Assembly: GCF_009834535.1 (NCBI RefSeq)
Contig: NC_045696.1
Location: 93,622,001-93,686,000, forward strand
Reading direction: 5' to 3'
From: Camelus ferus
Lineage: Eukaryota
Length of the DNA: 64,000 nt
Positions 13,801 through 25,509 of the stretch are shown one piece after another (position 1 is the first letter of the stretch; every line of letters begins with the position of its first letter). The position numbers were made by a program, and so were the translations under genes. Below the pieces are notes generated by a model. It did no database searches and was not told the origin of the DNA. It saw nothing but the letters and a program-made list of their open reading frames with translations.

Positions 13801-14484
13801 TAAATGGACTAAATGCTCCACTCAGAAGACACAGAGTGTGTGAAAAGATTAAAAAAAAACCCCACATATATGCTGTCTACAAGAGATTCATTTCAGATCT
13901 AAACATACACACAGGCTGAAAGTGAGGGCATGGAAAAATGTATTCAACACAAATGGAAATCAAAAGAAAGCCAGGATAGAAATAGTTAGATGAGATGAAA
14001 TACACTTTAAAGCAAAGGCTGTAACAAAGGAAAAGGGACATTATACAATGATAAAGGGATCAATCCAAGAAGATATAACAGGTATAAATACACACACACA
14101 CCCCCCAATACAGAAGCACCTAAATACATAAAGTAAATATTAACAGATCTAAAGGGAGAAATTGACAGTAACAAAATAATAGTAGGGGACTTTAACACCC
14201 TACTTATATTAATGGACAGATAATCCAAACAAAAAATCAATAAGGAGACACTGATTCAAATGACACTTGGAGCAGATAGACTTTATATATATATGAATTC
14301 CATCCAAAAGCAGCAGAACTCACATTCTTTTCAAGTGTACTTCTGGGTATTTGGCAAAGGAAAATAAAAACACTGATTTGAATAGATACATGCAGTCCAA
14401 TATTAATCACAGCATTGTTTACAATAGCCAAAATATAGAAGCAACCTAAACATCTATCGATAGACACATGGATAAAGAAGATAA

Positions 14485-14519
<35 letters not shown>

Positions 14520-15150
14520 TTATACAAAATGGTGTATTACTCAACCATTGAAAAATGAAGTCTTGCTATTTAGGACAACATGGATGGATCTAGAGGGTAT
14601 TACAAGTCAGACAAACACAGACAAATACTGCATGATCTCACTTACATGTGGAATCTAAAAAATGAAACAAACAAAACAAAAAACCAAAATAAAAACAGAC
14701 TCATAGATACAGAGAACAAATGGGTGGTTGCCAGGTGGAGGGTGGTGAGGTTGAGTGAAATAAGTCTAAGGGATTAAGGGGTACAAATTTCCAGCTACAT
14801 AATAAATAAGTCATGAGAATGGAATATACAGCATAAGGAATATGGTCAATGACATAACTTTGTGTGGGGACAGACGGTTAGTAGGCTAATGATGCTGATT
14901 ATTCCATAATGTATGCAAAGTTCACATCATTATCCAGTGAACATAAAATTAACATAATAATGTATGTCAACTATATTTCAATACAAAGACAAAACGCTGT
15001 ATGTTAACTAAGTTTACAAACTTCTTGATAAGGATGATTTCCTAACAAAAGAGAGAACTGCTAAATTTGACCTCAAGAAGAAGTCTAAAGTTTGAATAAA
15101 CTAATTATAATAAAGAAATTGGAAAGGTAAAAAAACTTGCATTATTAGAA
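10840..15150 (+). mobile_element. ancient L1 ORF2 fragment interrupted by the younger L1 at 11122-14990
   Basis: ORF2-like 'atggttctttgacaaattaat...tggtgacataaccacaga' before the insert continues as 'aagtttacaaactt...gatttcctaacaaaa...ctaaatttgacctcaagaagaa' after it. Confidence 0.65.
11122..14990 (+). mobile_element. internally deleted L1 (L1MA9/L1M2-like): 5'UTR, ORF1, endonuclease part of ORF2, then 3' end
   Basis: 5' end 'caagatggcag...gaccctgagctcacctcttccca'. ORF1 at about 12400-13300. EN-coding 'taaatgtaaatggactaaatgctcca' and 'gtaggggactttaacacccc'. Jumps at about 14340 to the ORF2 C-terminus and 3'UTR ending 'tatgtcaactatatttcaat'. Frames are disrupted. Confidence 0.9.
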
Positions 15151-15161
15151 AAGGAATTCCA

Positions 15162-15304
15162 GGAGCTAAGTACAGCTCATTGTTAAGAGTGTATACTTAG
15201 CATGCATGAGGTCCTGGGTTCAAACCCTAGTATCTCCATTTTAAAAAAATACAAAAAAAAAAGAAAGAAAGGAAGGAAGGAAGGAAGGAAGAAAAAAGAA
15301 ATCG
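15162..15304 (+). mobile_element. tRNA-derived SINE, camelid Vic-1-like
   Basis: Degenerate A box 'tacagctcattg', 'cttagcatgcatgaggtcctgggttcaaacccta' with B box, and an A/GGAA-rich tail. Perfect 15-bp TSD AGAAAAGGAATTCCA at 15147-15161 and 15305-15319. Confidence 0.9.
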
Positions 15305-15469
15305 AGAAAAGGAATTCCATAAGGGGATTCAAAAGAGCATAGTGGTAAGCATTGATTTGAAGGGGAAAAACATAACATTTTTATGTTTGTACCTATTTAA
15401 GTCAGCAACCCTCAATAAAACATTTACAATTGCCAGGAAGAGCAACTTTATCAGTATCTAGAAAAGTGG

Positions 15470-15990
15470 CCAATGGGCATACACTATAACCTAGCAAATC
15501 CCTAGAGAAGTTCCCTCACAAGAGCATAAGGAGCCATGTTCATGAACACTCATTACTGCAATATTTGCAACAGTGAAAATGTGAAAGTAATCTAAATGCT
15601 CATGGGAAGGGATAAATACACTGTGATACATTCAACCAAATTAATATAATGCAGCAGTTAAGATAGATACAGCTCAAAAATATGTTGAGTGAAAAAAGCA
15701 AGTTGTAGAAAAATACACCAGGATATGAAAAATCACTTATGTAAATTTTAAAAATAAACAAGACAATAACTACATATTTGTTTCAGACACATATGGATGT
15801 GTAATGAAAGCATAAAATATGGACTGGATACACAGTAACATCATAAGGATTGCCTCCAGAGAGAGGAACAAGCCCACATACTAGAAAGAGAAGCAATGGG
15901 ATTTCAACTTTAATTTTCATCATTTGAAAAAAGAAAAACAAATATGACAAAATGTCAATAAGTTTTAAAATTCTGGAAATATGCAAAATT
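15470..15990 (+). mobile_element. old L1ME-type 3' region
   Basis: 'ctcattactgcaatatttgcaacagtgaaaa', 'ggataaatacactgtgatacattca', 'atgttgagtgaaaaaagcaagttg'. Confidence 0.7.
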
Positions 15991-16647
15991 TTGTATGATT
16001 CTTAGTCAAAGTTTTAAATTTATATTGACTCCCAAAAGCCCTTTTCTGCATCCCTTCCCTCCTATATGGTCCCACTTTCCAGAGTGGTGCCCAGTGCTGA
16101 CTCCTTCCCCAAAGAAACTCTCTTCAAAAGCAATTTAATATCTGCCATTGGTATTTAGTGTAAATTAAAGCAGCTTTATACTCTCACAGAAATCTAATTA
16201 TGTAATTGTTGAATCTATATCTGTATGTACTTTCCAAAAATTACAAATATCAGAGAACAGGTGGTTGCATCTCTGTAATTGTAGAGCTGTTTTTCTGAGA
16301 AAGTGGTTTTCCCCAGGCTCCTGAATTCACATCTGCTAGGGAAACTTTTATATGCTTATGTGTAATTCAAGGCCAGCTCGATAGAAAGCAATTAACTTGA
16401 GTGTTGTTTTATTATTAAATTAACACAAGAGACTCCCATAGAGAGATTCTAGTATTCACAGTACTGCATATAATTGCATGAGCACATGTCTCAGTTCCCC
16501 AGATGGATAGGATGACCAAATACATGACAAATCTCAGTTTTACTTACAGAGACAATGGTTTGCTGAAGGATATGTGGTTAGAGAAATATAGGCAGAGGGA
16601 TGGTTCAGTTTGGAATTAGGCATTTGGTATTCTCAAGGCTGCTTCTA

Positions 16648-17043
16648 AGTAAGCCAAAAAGAGGAAGAAAAATACCACATAATATCAATCATATGTGGAA
16701 TCTTAAAAAAAAAGTCACAAGTGAACTTATTTACAAAGCAGAAACAGACTCACAGACATAGAAAACAAACATATGGTTACCAGGGGAGAAAAGGGGTGGG
16801 AGGGTTAAATTGGAAGTTTAAGATTTGCAGATACTAACTATTATATATAAAATAGACAAACAACAAGTTTTCTGTATAGTACAGGGAACTATATTCAGTT
16901 TCTTGTAGTAACCTATAATGAAAAAGAATATGAAAATAAATATATGCATGTATATGTATGACTGAACCATTATGCTGTACACCAGAAACTGACACAACAT
17001 TGTAAACTGACTAAACTACAATACATTTTTTTTTTTAAAAAAA
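16648..17043 (+). mobile_element. 5'-truncated younger L1 3' end
   Basis: 'gaacttatttacaaagcagaaacagactcacagacatagaaaacaaac', 'tgtatagtacagggaactatattca'. TSD GCTGCTTCTA at 16638-16647 and 17044-17053. Confidence 0.9.
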
Positions 17044-18172
17044 GCTGCTTCTATTTCAGAGTGACCAGGAGGCCATCTCCCTATAATGTGCAAGCTGCAA
17101 AGCAAGGAATAACCCTTTGACTGTGCACATACGGGCAGGCTGCCATTGGCTAGAACAGCAAGCCCAGTAACTTTCCTATTTACATTGGATTAGACTTTAT
17201 CTCAGTTTGTTTTAAATAATTTGTAATATAATTCAGATTCTTTTAATGAGTACAAACAACGTTTCTGTAATATAACAAGCAGTTTGTCAGTTGACAATTT
17301 CACTGGAAATTTCCCAGAATGTAATTTCTTTTGCAAATTGCTTTGTGCATCCCTTCACTGCCAATATGGCTATACAAAAAAAAAAAAAAAAAAGAAAAAG
17401 AAATCTTAATTTGATGATCCATTCAATTTAACAGAATATTGTCTGTCATTCTTAAACGTAAAGAAATACACTCAGTTGAAGCTTATCACTTAGCATTCCC
17501 AAAGCTGTAAGGAAAAAGTCAATTTAAAAAATGAATTCAATATTAGGGAAAATGTTCTAAGTTAAAAGAATATTAAAGGCATGATAATTTGAATTTATTA
17601 TGTTGATTTTTTAATCCAATATATATTATTTAACTGGTAAAATATAAAAATAGACATTTATACCAAGGTTCAATTTTTTGCAAATGATCAGAGAAGAGAA
17701 TTATAAAAAGAGATTTAAAGCATAACCTCAATTCTAAAATCTTTACAAATGTTACAGGACACTAGTAAATTTGATAGGCCTTTTCCAAGTATAATGAGAA
17801 ATTTTAATAAAAAATTGAAATTTGGCATTGTAATTTATGATGTAGCTAGAATCATGAAAAGTAAACAATATTGTAAACATGTTTGTGCTTGGTTTATCAA
17901 ATTCTGAGGCTATAAAATGTGTGAATAATATTCACATAACTTTAAATTTGTATAATTGCATTTAAAAATTATAAAATATTGGGCATAAAAATGTTAATAT
18001 GTCTCCTCCCTAACTTTGGGAATATTTGATTAAGGAAGATGAGAATTGGAAGAAGAATCAAGAGAAACACAATCTTTGATGATATAAGCTGAAATAGTGA
18101 TCCATATATTATTTACTAAACTAATATTTCTCTCAGGAAATAGAAAATAGCTCTATTTAAATAAGACCAGTC

Positions 18173-18675
18173 TTTTTTTTTTTCTTTTTACTTTTTGACC
18201 CCTTTCACCCATTTCTCTCACCTCTCACCCCCTGCGTCTGACAACCACCAATCTGTTTCTGTACCTATAAGCTTGGTTTTTGTTTGTTTGTTTTCAAGAT
18301 CCCACATATGATTATATGGCATTTTTCTTTCTCTACTTGATTTATTTTACTTATCATAATGCCCTAGAGGTCCATCCACATTGTTCCAAATGGCAAGGTT
18401 TTATTCTTTTTATGGCTGAATATTCCAGTGTGTGTGTGTGTGTGTGTTCATACATATGGCATAATTTCTTTATCCATTTGGACACTAAGGTTGTTTCCAT
18501 AACTTGGCTATTGTAAATAATAATGCAGTGAACGGGGGGTGCGTATATCTCACTGAGTGTTTTCATTTTCTCTGTATAAACACCAGAAGTGAAATTACTG
18601 GATCACATGGCAGATCTATTTTTAATTTTTTGAGAAATCTCCATATTGTTTCCCATAGTGGTTATACCAATTTAC
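18173..18675 (-). mobile_element. L1 3' fragment, antisense
   Basis: Poly-T head, then 'acaaccaccaatctgtt', 'tggctattgtaaataataatgcagtgaac', 'tcccatagtggttataccaattta'. Confidence 0.85.
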
Positions 18676-18827
18676 TAGTCTTATTTCACTAATGCAGACC
18701 AGTTTTATTTAATGATTAGATCATAGTTTGTGTCATTATATTTTTTGCATGTTGCTCAAGAACTCAACTGCACAAAAAAGCCTAATGCATTTAGAGAGAA
18801 GCAAAACAAAATTTTTTAAAAGTATTC

Positions 18828-20108
18828 TTTTTAACTTTTTTAAATTGAGGTATAGTCGGTTTACACTGTTATTTGAGTTTCTGGTGTACAGCATAGTGAT
18901 TCAGTTATACTTATATATATTCCTTTTTATATTCTTTTTCATTATAAGCCATTACAAGATATTGAATATACTTCCCTGTGCTATACTGCAGGACTTTGTT
19001 GTTTACCTATTTTGTATATAGTAGTTAGTATCTGAAAATCCAGAACTCCCAGTTTATTCCTCCACACCCCTTTAACCCCTGGCAACCATAAGTTTGTTTT
19101 CTATGTCTGTGAGTCTGTCTCTGTTTTGTAAATAAGTTCATTTGTGTGATTTTTTTTTTTAGATTCCACATAAATGTGATATCATATGCTATTTTTCTTT
19201 CTCTTTCTGCCTTACTTCACTTTGTATGACAATCTCTATGTCCACCCATGTTGCTGCAAATGACATTATTTCATTCTTTTTTATGGCTGAGTAGAATTCC
19301 ATAGTGGGTGGGAGGGTGTGTGTGTGTATATACACATACCACATCTCCTTTATCCAATCATTTGTTGGTAGACATTTAAGTTGCTTCCATGTCTTAGCTA
19401 TTGTAAATAGTGCTGCTATGAACATTGGGGTACATGTATCTTTTCAAATTAGAGTTTCCTCCAGTTATATGCCCAGGAGTGGGATTGCTGGATCATATGG
19501 TTAAGTCTATTTTCATTTTTTAAAGGAATCTCCATACTGTTTTCCATTATGGCCGCACCAAACTACTTTCCCACCAACAGTATAAGAGGACTCCCTTTTC
19601 TCCATACCCTCTCCAGCATTTATCGTTTGTGGACTTTTTAACGATGGCCATTCTGACTGGTGTGAAGTGATCTATCATTGTAGTTCTGATTTGCATTTCT
19701 CTGATAATTAGCAATATTGAGCATTTTTTCATGTGCCTTTTGGCCATTTGTATGCCTTCATTGGAGAAATGTCTGTTTAGGTCTTCTGCCCATTTTTTAT
19801 TGGGTTGTTTGTTTTTTGTTACTGAGTTGTATGAGCTGTTCATATATTCTGGAAATTAAGCCCTTGTCAGTCGAATAATTTGTAAATATTTTCTCCCATT
19901 CCATAGGTTGTCTTTTCATTTTGTTTATAGTTTCCTTTGTTGTGCAAAAGTTTATAAGATTAATTAGGTCCCATTAGTTTATTTTTGCTTCTATTGCCTT
20001 GATAGACTGCCCTCAGAGAACATTGCTAAGATTTATGTCAAAGAATGTTTTGTCTATGTTTTCTTCTAAGAGGTTTATAGTATCTTGTCTTATGTTTAAG
20101 TCTTTCAG
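18828..20108 (-). mobile_element. 5'-truncated younger L1 (ORF2 C-terminus plus 3'UTR), antisense
   Basis: ORFs 19189-19425 (MFIAALFTIAKTWKQLKC) and 19547-19843 ([12 protein letters not shown]...LIIREMQI) are L1 ORF2 C-terminal motifs. T-rich tail near 18830. Confidence 0.95.
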
Positions 20109-20449
20109 CGATAAAATGTATTATTTTATTCAGTTAATCAATACTTATTGAGGGCACGCACTCAATTATGTGTGCTAGGAGCTGGGGATACAATATGGTC
20201 CCTGCCCTGAAAGGAACTCGGTATGTATAGGGATCAATTATTGAAAAAGAAGCGCACCATCTGATGTTATTCCAGTAGTCTGACACATCTTAGTACGCAG
20301 CTTCACCTAACTTGAGAAAGAAATTTTATAAAAATATCTTTAAGCTTCCTAATGTAACAATGTCAGATTTGTTATATTTTTACTATATTAGTTATACCAT
20401 GGAAATTATCTATGTAATTCATTTTAACAAACATTCATTGAGTGGTAGG

Positions 20450-20550
20450 ATTATTTAACTTCTTGAGCCTCAGTTCCACCATGTATAAAAGAGGCTGCTA
20501 ACAGGATCTAAACTGGTGGTGGTGTGAAGGTTAAATGAGATCATATAAAG
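20450..20550 (+). mobile_element. MIR fragment
   Basis: 'ttatttaacttcttgagcctcagttccaccatgtataaaa...gtgaaggttaaatgagat' is the MIR core. Confidence 0.7.
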
Positions 20551-20909
20551 CTTATCCTTGGTTTAGATATCAGTAGAAAAACATTTCCCAGTTTCACTCT
20601 TGTTATCCAAAGGGTTTACGTGCTCACAGTTAAACCAACTATTATCAAGAGGAACAGAATTATTCATGTTATAACTCTGAGACATGGGAGGAAAAATAGA
20701 AACAAATATAACCGAGCTTTACTAGCAAGCAAGAAAGGAGGAATGGCTATGGGTAGGCCACCATTCATGTGTGCTAGAGCAGTGATGACTTCCCACAAAC
20801 AGACTTACGGTGGGTGTTAGGGAAATTAAACCTACAAAGGAGACTTTAACCAAGGATATCCTGGAACAAGCATGGATTTAGTGAGGGCAAGTAGTAAGAC
20901 AGATACAAT

Positions 20910-21658
20910 TGTGAGGCTGGAAGACATAGAGCCCCTTATGTAAGTCTGAAAATCAGTAACCAGAACACAGATCTTAGGAGAATTGGTGAAAACATAGTTC
21001 CACTTTTCTAGGAATTGAGATACCCTTTAAGTTGTAAATGCATGAACACAAATCAGAGTAAAGTGACTGGAATTACAGTATGGGGAAAAAATTTTGTCAC
21101 AGAAAAAAGGTGCAATTCCATCTCCTAGGGGTAACATCCAGAAAGGAATGGGTTATAAATCTGCCCTTCCAGCCACAGGGACACTTGAGTAAAGCTTGGC
21201 CCTTAGTCAACTTTTTTCAGTATCAACTGCAGGTGTGTATTGGAAACAGATGTTCCTGAGCATACTGAACATGGTTGTCAGGATTGTTTATTGTATAGCA
21301 TGGTAAATTATGGGCCACAGCTAAACTAATGAATAAAAGCTAAATCCACATGCCTCCAGGTGCTAGAGAACTTCAAAGTATTTAAGTTGAAAAGATCCAA
21401 GGCCTTGAAGCTGTCTTGTATTGATGCCCAAACACATGCCAGTTGTCACCCCTCATGACCAAAGCACATCCCACGTGGTAACTGGGACAGTGAAGCTGCA
21501 ACTGTGAGTCTGCAGCCTCCATGATGCTGTTTTATGTATGATTCTGTGCTCCCTGTACTCTATACTTTCTTAAAATTAATAAACTTTGTGCTGAATAAGC
21601 CTACCTTGTTTTATGAGTTTGAATAATCTGAAACTGAAACCCACTCTGGTATCTTACA
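20910..21658 (+). mobile_element. probable ancient solo LTR (ERVL/Gypsy-like); left boundary uncertain
   Basis: TG...CA-type ends ('tgtgagg'...'tcttaca'), a TATA-like 'ttataaat' near 21153, and AATAAA about 80 bp before the end. Family not recognised. Confidence 0.4.
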
Positions 21659-21890
21659 GACATTTGATATGAATAAAGTGGCCATGAATAAAGTGGCTGA
21701 CTTGATACTGAGCAAGTATTCTCTGATGTACACCTAACTAGTAATAGCACTGACTCTGTGGTCTTGGGTGAAGATGAACCTCAAGATGCATGGACAGAGT
21801 TTCAGTGTCCGATTTAGCAGTTAAAGAGTGGGGCTGACAAGGTGGTGTGGACAAAGAAATAAATAGGAGACTACAATTCTATTCATATGT

Positions 21891-21961
21891 TCAACACTGT
21901 AGTGCTATGAGAAGAGTCCTTCTGAATCAACACTGTAGTGCTATGAGAAGAGTCCTTCTGA
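21891..21961. repeat. 36-bp-period tandem duplication
   Basis: TCAACACTGTAGTGCTATGAGAAGAGTCCTTCTGA occurs twice, starting at 21891 and 21927. Confidence 0.95.
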
Positions 21962-22124
21962 GAGAAGCAACATTAGAGTGTGAAACTGATTATGTCCCCT
22001 TTTGGAGAAGGTACAGAAAAATGCCTTCATTTGTAAGTGAACTTTCAAATTTTTCTTAAAGACATTAGTGATCATTTACTGACTCAGACTGACCCTACGT
22101 TAACTAGATGAGTTGAAATATGCA

Positions 22125-22670
22125 GTTTTAGTTCATCAAAAAGTTAAAAATAGAATTACCATATCATCCAGCAATTCCACTTCTGGGTCTATACCCAAAA
22201 GAACTGAAAACAGACTCAAAGAAATATTTATACAATACAACCATTTTCATAGCAACATTATTCACAATAGCCAAAAGGTAGAAGGAACCCAAGATGGATG
22301 ACAGATAAACAAAATGTGATATATATAAATGCAACAGAACATTATTCAGTCTTAAAAAGGAAGAAAATTCTGACATATGCTAAACATGGATGAACCTTGG
22401 GGACATTACGCTAAGTGAAATAAAATAATCATAAAAAGACAAATGCTGTATGATTTCACTTATAGGAGGTTATCTATAACAGTCAAATTCATAGATATAC
22501 AAAGTAGAATGGTGGTGGCCAGGGGCTGAGGGCAGTGGAAATATACAGTAATTGCTTGATAGGTACAGTCTTTTGCAAGACGAAAAGGATTCTGGAGACA
22601 GATGGTGGTGACTTTAAAAGTTTAAGATGATAAATTTTATGTTATGTATATTTTACCACAATATAATTTT
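22125..22670 (+). mobile_element. L1MB-type 3' end
   Basis: 'tagaattaccatatcatccagcaattccacttctgggt', 'catggatgaaccttggggacattacgctaagtgaaata', 'aattttatgttatgtatattttaccacaat'. Confidence 0.85.
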
Positions 22671-22751
22671 TAATGGAAAAATATGGTGTTTTAATACTCA
22701 CCACCTATTCCAAGTTCTGTTCAAAGTAAACACTTTCAAAATTAGGCACTT

Positions 22752-23531
22752 TAAACAAATGATAAATGCTGGAGAGTGTTTGAAGAAAAGAGAACCCTTC
22801 TACACTGTTGGTGAGAATGTAATTTGGTGCAGCCACTATGTAAAACAGTATGGAGATTCCATAAAAAACTAAAAATAGACTTACCCTATGATCCAGCAAT
22901 CCCACTGCTGGGCATATATCAAGTGGAAGCTCTAATTACAAAAGATACATGCACCCCAATGTTAATAGCAGCACTATTTACAATAGCCAAGACATGGAAG
23001 CAACTTAAATGTCCATCAAAAGATGATTGGATAAGAAAATGTGGTGTGTGTGTGCGTGTGTGTATGTATATATGTGTACAGTACTCAGCCATAATGGAAC
23101 ACTACACAGTCATAAAAAAGAACAAAGTAATGCCATTTGCAGCAACACGGATGAAACTAGAGATTATCATACTAAGTGAAGTCAGAAAGAGAAAGATGAA
23201 TATCAATGGTATCACTTATATGTGGAATCTAAGAAAGACAAATGAACTTATTTACAAAACAGAAACAGACTCAAAGACATAGAAAACAAACTTATGATTA
23301 CCAAAGGGGAAAGGGGTGGGGAGGGATAAATTAGGAGTTTGGGATTAGCAGATACTAACTACTATATGTAAATAGATAAACAACAAGATCCTACTGTATA
23401 GCACAGGGAACTATATTCAATATCTTGTAATAACCTATAATAAAAAATATATGTATAACTGAATCACTAGGCTGTACACCAGAAATTAACACAACATTGT
23501 AAATCAAGTATACTTCAATTAAAAAAAAAAG
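22752..23531 (+). mobile_element. 5'-truncated younger L1 (ORF2 C-terminus, 3'UTR, poly-A)
   Basis: ORF 22824-23282 is the ORF2 C-terminus ([13 protein letters not shown]...DTCTPMLIAALFTIAKTWKQ). A10 tail. TSD core TTAGGCACTT at 22742-22751 and 23532-23541. Confidence 0.95.
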
Positions 23532-24479
23532 TTAGGCACTTAAATAAAGAGAAAAAAATAAAAAGAAAGGATGAAGAGAGTGAGAAGAAAAGGGGGAAAG
23601 CAGAGGGGAGGAAAGGGGAGGGAGGAGGGGACTCACTTGGCTAATTAAGCAATTTTGAAAAATCCCTGAATACTAAATTCCCCCTCTTAGAAATTCACAT
23701 GTTAAATTTAAATTTAATATTAAACATATTGATAGCTGTGAGAAGTCCTATATTAAGATAATTGTTTAGCTATGATAATAGCTAACCTACTTGATGGCAT
23801 AACCTTCTTTTCACAAAATGCTGTCTAATGTACAGAATGTAGAAAGTCCCTTATAGCTGCAATGTTCTGAAACACTATAATTCTTAGACGCTTATGTGAA
23901 TAACAAGAGAACAACTGAAAGAGACTCAGACCAACAGCACAGCCAGAACGGGAATTGCCAAGCATTTTTTTTTTACTATAAGGGCCCTCTCAGGTGACCA
24001 CTGCCCCCATCCAGAGGTTTGAGCTACCTGGTTATTCTAAGAAGGTGAGGGAGAGCCCTTCAGAGACTAAGCAGAAGTGAACAGGAGAAAGAGAAGACAA
24101 ACTTCCCAGCTGGTGTTGAAAGCGCCCTCTCTTTCCACTTTCATCTTCATCAAGGCTACTGAGGCAGGGATCGGGCTGTCTGCCTGACCAAGTCCTCTCC
24201 CTCTTTCCTCTTTGGATTCATCCACTCTGGGACGCCTGTGTTCTCTTGAGATGAACTGCTTCTACTCCCTGCTTCCCTCCGCAACCCCCAGATATTCGAC
24301 ATTTCGCTAATCTTGGTCTTGACTATTGATCCTTTTGATCACAAGTACACTTGGTTGTAACCAAATTTTACAGTGAGCCAGAAGTCTAGATAGCAGATGA
24401 CTTTTATTGCTCCTTCTAACCATGACACTGAAATAGTTTGACTTTTGCTCTAGTAGAACATATTGACTACTGAGTTTTT

Positions 24480-24484
24480 TATAT

Positions 24485-24515
<31 letters not shown>

Positions 24516-24518
24516 TAT
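24480..24518. repeat. (TA)n microsatellite with CA interruptions
   Basis: Read directly. Confidence 0.9.
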
Positions 24519-24661
24519 GTAAGGAATATTGTGGGGTGGCACAATTTATTTGAATATCGTCACCAATGCACAGGCCCGCATTTTTATTAGCCTGAATGTG
24601 TCTTGAAAAACACAAAGTGCGATATAAATATAGTAAATCATGAGTATTTCCTGTCACTTAC

Positions 24662-24749
24662 TGTGAGGAAGTATTCCTGCTGTTTTCGTACTTCAGATGC
24701 TGGAATAAATGTATGTTGAAGTCTCATTACTTCTCCTTTCATAAAGCAA
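24662..24749 (-). other. candidate 88-bp internal exon of a transcript starting in the CpG island
   Basis: Minus-strand acceptor 'cttttactgttttttttaaacag|' and donor 'ACA|GTAAGT'. Non-repetitive sequence about 0.8 kb from the CpG island. Confidence 0.55.
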
Positions 24750-25509
24750 CTGTTTAAAAAAAACAGTAAAAGCCATAGTCAATTATTAACCTGTTTTGTG
24801 AATCCCAATTTGATGTGCCAGTGAATACATGCTAGAAAATGAGTCCCTCTTTATCGTAAGGATTATGGATCCCTTTGAAAATAGGATAAAAGAGGACAGA
24901 GGGAAAATAGTTTATGCATTGTATCAATTAAGATGGAAACTGGCTATGAAAAAAAGGAAACCAGACTAGTACCTTGAGCCAAGCAGGTTGTTTCTTTCTT
25001 CCCCAGAGTTAAGCAGTCCAGGACAGGGATAGCAGTTTCACAGTGCAAGCGGACCTGAGCTCCTTCCCCTTTTCCGTGCAGCCGACTTTAGCAAGGTGGA
25101 TGCGCTACCTCCAAAACCGAGTGTGTGCTTCAGGCAAGGAAGGACAAAGGGCAAAAACTTCTGCCAGTTGAGTGAGTCATTTTGAGTGACTGAGTCTGGT
25201 TGAACTTCACAGGAATTTCCCAGCTGCTTCATCCCGTAACTTCTGCTTACATCCTGCCGGTCAGAATTGTGTCACCTGCACACTGCTGGCTGCAGGAGAG
25301 GCTGAGATTTGTAGATTTTCAGCTGGGCACATTGCTGCCCTCAGACAGAAATCCAGTGGTGTCTGCCAAATGCCCCTATACAAAACATGGAACTCCTTTA
25401 AAGGGGTTCTGTCACCGGCAAAGCTCACTCAGGTCCCGGGGAAAAATGAGGTGGAATTTAGGTGATAAGGTCTAACCTCTTTTGTGCTTCTTCTAGTTTC
25501 ACTTGCTAT

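Noticed and set aside
21891..21961. 36-bp repeat as a possible CRISPR array
   Set aside because: Only two adjacent copies with no spacer, in mammalian DNA, and no cas genes.
22824..23282. 152-aa ORF, the longest in the track
   Set aside because: It is the L1 ORF2 C-terminus reading into the 3'UTR of a 5'-truncated copy, not a host gene.
23545..23632. Purine-rich, G-run tract (triplex/G4 potential)
   Set aside because: Ordinary low-complexity sequence next to an L1 tail. Nothing supports function.
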